From NCBI GenBank assembly GCA_964342375.1, contig CAYFFA010000001.1, positions 1 to 48,652 on the forward strand: a DNA stretch of 48,652 nucleotides, read 5' to 3'. Source of the DNA: an uncultured Dehalococcoidales bacterium. Its GTDB lineage: Bacteria > Chloroflexota > Dehalococcoidia > Dehalococcoidales > CAYFFA01. The notes beneath the pieces were generated by a model, which searched no databases, was not told the DNA's origin, and saw only the letters and a list, made by a program, of their open reading frames with translations. Positions within the stretch are counted from its first letter, which is position 1, and each line of letters opens with the position of its first letter. The position numbers were made by a program, and so were the translations under genes. This document shows, one piece after another, positions 43,764-48,652 of the stretch.

Positions 43764-46700
43764 TTCGCTTCACCTCCTTATTTAATATGCCCTCTAGCAC
43801 CTCCCGCCACTCTTTCTCACACCGTTTAGAGTTGAGGCGGAGCCGGGTGACGCCTACCTCTATGTCATCCCCGACCGATTCAAGCTTCTCTTTATCAAAC
43901 CGCATCCCCTCGAACAGCCTGAGCACGATTTGGCCGTCCTCGGTAGAGATAGACTCAATACCCGCCTTTGACGCCTGAATCTTGATTCTGAGGGCATACA
44001 GCAGGTTCCCGACCTCCGGCGGAGGGGCGCCAAACCTGTCGTCGAACTCCTGAGCCAGAGCCTCTACATGGTCGGGCGTTTCCATCTTCGCCAGGCTCCG
44101 GTAGAGGCTTAACCTGATGCTGAGGTCGGCTACATAGTCTTCGGGTATATAGGCTCGTAGGGGAAGGTCAATGGTGGGGGGCGGCAAGCGCTTGGTCATT
44201 TTCTCGCCAGCCAGTCTGGATTTTAGCTCCCCCACCGCTTCAGCCAGCAGCCGCGTATAGAGGCTGAAGCCAACGGCGCTTATAAACCCGCTCTGCTTCA
44301 CTCCCAGCAGGTTGCCGGCTCCCCTGATTGCAAGGTCTTTCATGGCAATGCCGAAGCCGGCTCCCATCTCAGTGGTTTCAAATATAGTCCTCAGGCGCTT
44401 CTCCGCGGTGGGGGTCAGGCGTTTCCCTTTCTCATAAAGAAAATAGGCATGGGCGAGGTCGGCGCCGCGCCCGACTCTGCCCCGTAGTTGATACAGCCCG
44501 ATCAGGCCAAATTTATCAGCCTGGTTGACGATGATAGTATTGACATTGGGCATATCCAGTCCCGACTCAATAATAGTCGTGCATACCAGGACATCATTTT
44601 CGCCCCGAGCAAAGTCAGCCATCGCTTTCTCCAGTTCGCCCTCGGGCATCTGACCGTGAGCAACGGCTATCTCCGCCTCGGGCATCAGAGACCGCAGCCT
44701 GCCGGCAACCATGGCTATGCTCTGCTCCCGGTTATGGACAAAGAAGACCTGCCCGTTGTGCTCCAGCTCCCTGAGTATGGCTTCTCTGACCAGCCGGTCA
44801 TTATATTCAGCCACAAAGGTTTTCACGGGCAGGCGTTCTTCAGGGGGAGTTTCCATGGTGCTCATATCCCTCACCCCCACCAGAGACATGTTAAGAGTGC
44901 GGGGTATAGGGGTAGCGCTGAGGGTGAGAACGTCCACCTCCCGCCTCATCTGCTTGAGGTATTCCTTATGGGCTACACCAAAGCGCTGCTCCTCGTCAAT
45001 GATTAATAGCCCCAAGGCTTTGAAGCCTACGTCTTTCTGCAGCAGGCGATGGGTTCCGATACAGATATCCACGGTTCCATCAGCCACTCCGTCAAGGATA
45101 GCCCGCTGCTCTTTTGGCGTCCGAAACCGACTCAAAACCCCAACCTTTACCGGGAAGGCGCGCATCCTCTGGCTGAAGGTAGAGAAGTGTTGTTGAGCCA
45201 AGACTGTGGTCGGCACCAGCACCGCCACCTGCTTGTTGTCCATCACTGCCTTGAAGGCGGCACGGATAGCCACCTCGGTCTTGCCGTAGCCGACATCCCC
45301 GCAGACCAGCCGGTCCATAGGTTTGGATTGCTCCATATCTTCTTTTACATGCTCCTGCACCTCCATCTGGTCAGGGGTCTCAACATAGGGAAAAGAACCC
45401 TCAAGCTCCTGCTGCCATACTGTATCACGGGAAAAGGAAAAGCCGGGGACAACTTCCCGGGCGGCATAAAGGGTTATCAACCCCTGAGCCACGCTCTCCA
45501 CAGACTCCCTGGTTCTCTGCTTGGTCCGCGTCCACTCCTGGGTGCCCAGTCGACTCAATGTGGGGGGCTGTTCACCACCGCCTACATAACGGTCGACACG
45601 GTCTATCTGGTCAATGGGGACATACAGTCTATCACCGGCAGCATACAGCAAGAGCAGATATTCCTTCTCACTCCCGTCAGTCCTCATGCTGGTAACGCCA
45701 GCAAACTTACCAATGCCATGCTCAACATGCACCACATAGTCGCCTGGTGTTATATCGGCAAACAGCTTGTGGCGCGGCACAGGGTGCTTCTTGAGTAACC
45801 GCCGTTGCTTGGCGAAGCCAAAAATCTCGGTATCAGTGAACAGATATGTATCATTATCCATAACCCATCCCTCAGCCAGCGAACCATGGACGAGGGTTAG
45901 CGAACCGGGCGGAGGCGTTTGTTTGACTTCATCGAGGGGCGGGGCAATAATGCCTTCCTCCCCAAGCAGCTCTGATAGCCGGCTTGCCTGATGGCTGGTG
46001 ATGATGAGGCGATTTTTCCGGTTCAGAAGCTGCTTTGCCTTTTTGATGAGTATCGGCAGCTGCCCGGCATATGCAAGAGCGGAAGTGAAGTTTAACTTAT
46101 GCTCCTGACCCTCAGCGACATCCCAGGCGGTAAGCACCAGGCGCCGCCTGTTTTCTATCCCGGTCTCCAGCTCGTCCCAGGTAAAATATGGAGCGGGGAA
46201 ATTATGGGGCAGTTCTCCCTGTTCTATTTGCTCGCCCCGCAACTCGTTGGCTTCAGCTTTCAGGTCTTCCATGGCCGACTCGACATTCCGGGGTTCATCG
46301 ATGACCAGAAGGGCATCCTGAGACAGGTAGCTCAGGATGCTGTCTTTATCGAACAGCGAAGCGTAGAACTGCAGGTTGCGCGGTCTCTGTCCATCGAGCA
46401 GCATAGCCAGTTCCTGTCGAAACTGCTGGCTCGCCTCGGCATTACAGGCAGACAGGTCGACACTGCTAAGAAGTGCCTCCATCTCCGGTTTGTTGCTCAT
46501 CAGTGGGGTCAGCAGTTCTGTGGCGGGACCGATGGTTACTGATGACACTCTGGTTTGTGAGCGCTGGTTCGCCTGGTCAAAGAGGCGAATGCTGTCTATG
46601 GTATTACCGAAGAATTCAAGCCTGGCCGGCAGGTCGCTGGTAGGAGGGTAGATGTCAACGATGCCGCCGCGACGGCTTACAGTACCCGGCATCTCCACTA

Positions 46701-47226
46701 TATTTTCCATTCTATAGCCCATAGCTTCCCATCGGCTCAGCAGGCGGAAGGGATCAACATCCATCCCCAGCTCTACGGTATGGCAGGCAGAGGTGAAATC
46801 ATTATAAGATGCCGTCTTTTGCATAACGGCGGAAGCCGAGGCGACAACTAATGGAGCGTCTGCAGTCGGCTCTATATTGGCTAACGCCGATAGCACCTGG
46901 AGCCGTTCCAATTCAGTGGAGGTATCCGAGGCAACACGCTGGTAGGGCAAAGCATCCGGTTCAGGAAGAAGCTTCACCTGAGAATCGGACCAGGTCGAGA
47001 GTTGTTCATAGAGCTTTTTACTGTTCTCAGGCTGAGCGGTAACCATCAGCACGGGTACCTGCAAACTACGACACAGAGCCGCAATGAGATAGGACTTGGC
47101 GGCATCGAGCACAGCCGCTCTGGTGCTGCCATTTGACTGCTGGAGCTCGGCCACAAGTCGGCGATAGGCGGGCATATCATCAATAAGATGTAATAACTGT
47201 CCCAGGTTCAAGCTCATTTTCCCCAA
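43741..47226 (-). CDS. mfd: Transcription-repair coupling factor
   Basis: 1161 aa. It has a UvrB-homology N-terminus, a CarD/RID domain, superfamily-2 translocase motifs (GDVGYGKTEVA, DEEQRFGV, SATPIPRT) and a TRCF C-terminal domain. Confidence 0.96.
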   Translation of the reverse strand: MGKMSLNLGQLLHLIDDMPAYRRLVAELQQSNGSTRAAVLDAAKSYLIAALCRSLQVPVLMVTAQPENSKKLYEQLSTWSDSQVKLLPEPDALPYQRVASDTSTELERLQVLSALANIEPTADAPLVVASASAVMQKTASYNDFTSACHTVELGMDVDPFRLLSRWEAMGYRMENIVEMPGTVSRRGGIVDIYPPTSDLPARLEFFGNTIDSIRLFDQANQRSQTRVSSVTIGPATELLTPLMSNKPEMEALLSSVDLSACNAEASQQFRQELAMLLDGQRPRNLQFYASLFDKDSILSYLSQDALLVIDEPRNVESAMEDLKAEANELRGEQIEQGELPHNFPAPYFTWDELETGIENRRRLVLTAWDVAEGQEHKLNFTSALAYAGQLPILIKKAKQLLNRKNRLIITSHQASRLSELLGEEGIIAPPLDEVKQTPPPGSLTLVHGSLAEGWVMDNDTYLFTDTEIFGFAKQRRLLKKHPVPRHKLFADITPGDYVVHVEHGIGKFAGVTSMRTDGSEKEYLLLLYAAGDRLYVPIDQIDRVDRYVGGGEQPPTLSRLGTQEWTRTKQRTRESVESVAQGLITLYAAREVVPGFSFSRDTVWQQELEGSFPYVETPDQMEVQEHVKEDMEQSKPMDRLVCGDVGYGKTEVAIRAAFKAVMDNKQVAVLVPTTVLAQQHFSTFSQRMRAFPVKVGVLSRFRTPKEQRAILDGVADGTVDICIGTHRLLQKDVGFKALGLLIIDEEQRFGVAHKEYLKQMRREVDVLTLSATPIPRTLNMSLVGVRDMSTMETPPEERLPVKTFVAEYNDRLVREAILRELEHNGQVFFVHNREQSIAMVAGRLRSLMPEAEIAVAHGQMPEGELEKAMADFARGENDVLVCTTIIESGLDMPNVNTIIVNQADKFGLIGLYQLRGRVGRGADLAHAYFLYEKGKRLTPTAEKRLRTIFETTEMGAGFGIAMKDLAIRGAGNLLGVKQSGFISAVGFSLYTRLLAEAVGELKSRLAGEKMTKRLPPPTIDLPLRAYIPEDYVADLSIRLSLYRSLAKMETPDHVEALAQEFDDRFGAPPPEVGNLLYALRIKIQASKAGIESISTEDGQIVLRLFEGMRFDKEKLESVGDDIEVGVTRLRLNSKRCEKEWREVLEGILNKEVKRNGEEETT

Positions 47227-47234
47227 ACACCTTT

Positions 47235-47259
47235 AGGGCTAGCCGAAACGACTAGCCCT
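47235..47259. promoter_or_regulatory. Perfect 8-bp inverted repeat between the MFS gene 3' end and the mfd start
   Basis: AGGGCTAG-ccgaaacga-CTAGCCCT. There is no U-tract on either strand, so this could be a terminator without a tail, or a processing or operator site. Confidence 0.3.
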
Positions 47260-47297
47260 CCGAAAAAGTGTAGCACAGCGGTATTAACCAGACAAAC

Positions 47298-48476
47298 TCA
47301 ACGGCGCCTTAAGGCGGTTAAAGCTACCGCTAAAGCCAGCACCAAAACACTTGGGCTTGATAATAGCCCCTGCTTTATCCCGACTATTTCTTCCACCCAG
47401 CCTACCGCGATGGCTCCGACTGCAACTCCGGCGGTAAGAAGAGCGTGAAATAGTCCCGACGCCATGCCACGCTCCTCAGGGAGGCTATAGTCAGCGACCA
47501 GTGCTGAAACCGATGGAAATAGCATTCCAAAGGCTATTCCATATAATGCCATTGCCACCATCAGCAAGGGGAATGTTGTCACCGAAGGTAATACAACCAG
47601 GGAAACTATGCCGAGGCTTAAACCAATACATACCGGAATTAGCCGTCCCATTCTGTCGGAGATAGACCCGCTGGGAGGCTGAAGTGCAATGAACATAACA
47701 GTGAATATAGTCAGCAACATGCCGACATGAAAGGCTTCCATTCCCAATCCCTTCACATAGAGCGGTAGAAGCGTAACTACCCCGCCGAAGGTAAAGTACT
47801 GGGCGAATATGGCGGAATAGGAGACCAAAAGCCCCCTTCTCCTGAGTAAACCCTTTGCCTTCTGAAAATCCTGACCGAGCGAGGTTTTTGCAGCCGTACT
47901 CTCATACCTCCTGATTGTAGGAAGAGAAAGACTTACTACCACCCCTATAGTCAGCATTATCATTCCGAACAGGAAAAGAACCTGGTAGCCCAGTCGAGAT
48001 ACAATTACTCCACTCAATCCAAATCCCACCAAATTAGCGGCTGCTATGGACATGCCGTATAAGCCCATTGCCTTGCCCCTTCGAGACTGCTCAGAATATC
48101 CGGTGATACCAGACATGGTAGCCGGGCCTTTCAAGCCACCGCCTATCCCGTGAATCGCCCGTATCAGAGCAAGGTGAGCTGGCAATCTGGCCAGGGAATA
48201 GCCAAACATGCTTACGGCACTGCCTATTAACCCAGCAATTAACGGAATCTTAAAGCCCACCTTATCAATCAGCCGCCCGGCCAGAATATTTGCCGGGGTA
48301 TTAGTTATTGAATATAAGCCTATGATAAGCCCGATCATACCAGGACTGGCGCCAAGCCCCGAAGCATAAAGGGCCATAATCGGTATAAGCAGGTTTATGT
48401 CAATCAAGCTGAGGAAGGTTACAACAGAGATGAGGGGTAAAACTCTTCGAGGCTGGGATTGGCTTAATTCGCTCAC
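47298..48476 (-). CDS. Major facilitator superfamily transporter
   Basis: 392 aa with about 12 hydrophobic segments and an MFS loop 2-3 motif (GRLIDKVG). Confidence 0.8.
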   Translation of the reverse strand: MSELSQSQPRRVLPLISVVTFLSLIDINLLIPIMALYASGLGASPGMIGLIIGLYSITNTPANILAGRLIDKVGFKIPLIAGLIGSAVSMFGYSLARLPAHLALIRAIHGIGGGLKGPATMSGITGYSEQSRRGKAMGLYGMSIAAANLVGFGLSGVIVSRLGYQVLFLFGMIMLTIGVVVSLSLPTIRRYESTAAKTSLGQDFQKAKGLLRRRGLLVSYSAIFAQYFTFGGVVTLLPLYVKGLGMEAFHVGMLLTIFTVMFIALQPPSGSISDRMGRLIPVCIGLSLGIVSLVVLPSVTTFPLLMVAMALYGIAFGMLFPSVSALVADYSLPEERGMASGLFHALLTAGVAVGAIAVGWVEEIVGIKQGLLSSPSVLVLALAVALTALRRR

Positions 48477-48616
48477 TGATTACTTTGCGGCTCACACCAT
48501 GAATTCCAGAAAAAGCCGCGCAACGCCTTTCTAGGCCAGTATAGCACATGACGAAAGAGGCAAGCAAAAAGTATACTCGTCCATATGATCGGTGACACAC
48601 GGCCTCTTTTTACTGT

Positions 48617-48645
48617 CATTGCGAGGCACAAAGTGCCGAAGCAAT
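48617..48645. repeat. REP-like palindromic intergenic element (CATTGCGAG...CGAAGCAAT family), short copy
   Basis: The sequence is cATTGCgaGGCACaaaGTGCCgaaGCAATc. Nested stems ATTGC/GCAAT and GGCAC/GTGCC are present. The termini are the same as in the 10196-10242 element. Confidence 0.6.
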
Positions 48646-48652
48646 CTCTTAT

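Noticed and set aside
1-48652. Stop-codon reassignment (alternative genetic code, Sec or Pyl) as the explanation for the in-frame stops
   Set aside because: All three stop codons are involved (TGA x1, TAA x2, TAG x3). The same codons also terminate well-conserved genes at their expected ends: TGA ends acd and nfnA, TAA ends fdhA and mfd, TAG ends ymdB. No SECIS-like context or pyl genes are seen. Reading through the terminal TAG of the HEPN gene would add about 80 implausible codons.
1-48652. CRISPR arrays, IS elements or transposases, integrases, reverse transcriptases (retron, DGR, group II intron), rRNA genes
   Set aside because: No regularly spaced direct repeats were seen. No ORF carries DDE, tyrosine- or serine-recombinase, or RT motifs in any of the listed translations.

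Overview
A 48.6-kb chromosomal segment from a monoderm-type bacterium. Gene content, protein style and the intergenic palindromes point to a Chloroflexota/Dehalococcoidia-like organism, but this is inference only because no search was run. Housekeeping genes dominate. On the minus strand they run plsY, PHP phosphoesterase, ymdB, rny, recX, recA, degV, nadE. Further along are replicative dnaE, ogt, hpf, comF, thpR, a tRNA-Ile(GAU), an fdhA-nfnA-nfnB redox cluster, a lipid/translation operon (yceD-rpmF-acd-etfB-etfA-fabK-fabD-Mth938 / nusB-acpP), a B12-radical SAM gene, mscS, mfd and an MFS transporter. No CRISPR array, transposase, integrase or rRNA gene was seen. Four things stand out. (1) A visibly AT-richer block (about 18.5-25.5 kb) carries a second, DnaE2/ImuC-type polymerase. 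Its only partner is an 82-aa Trp-rich ORF, and it sits behind a promoter containing a near-perfect LexA-type palindrome, with no imuA or imuB. This could be an undescribed minimal mutagenesis module. (2) An AT-rich HEPN (Rx4H) Abi/toxin-like gene is fused onto the 3' end of mfd and is interrupted by two in-frame TAG codons. (3) Interrupted genes are unusually dense. Six in-frame nonsense codons occur in four otherwise intact genes (I42/chagasin inhibitor, comF, a HAD hydrolase, the HEPN gene). There are also three apparent frameshifts (the plsY 5' end and two small stubs) and an N-terminally truncated HNH stub. (4) Two unusual metabolic arrangements are present: a Cys-type formate dehydrogenase alpha subunit translationally coupled to NfnAB-like subunits, and an acyl-CoA dehydrogenase/Etf module (EtfA with a ferredoxin domain) inserted between rpmF and fabK-fabD. 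All functional calls come from motifs I recognised in the supplied translations. None was verified by database search.
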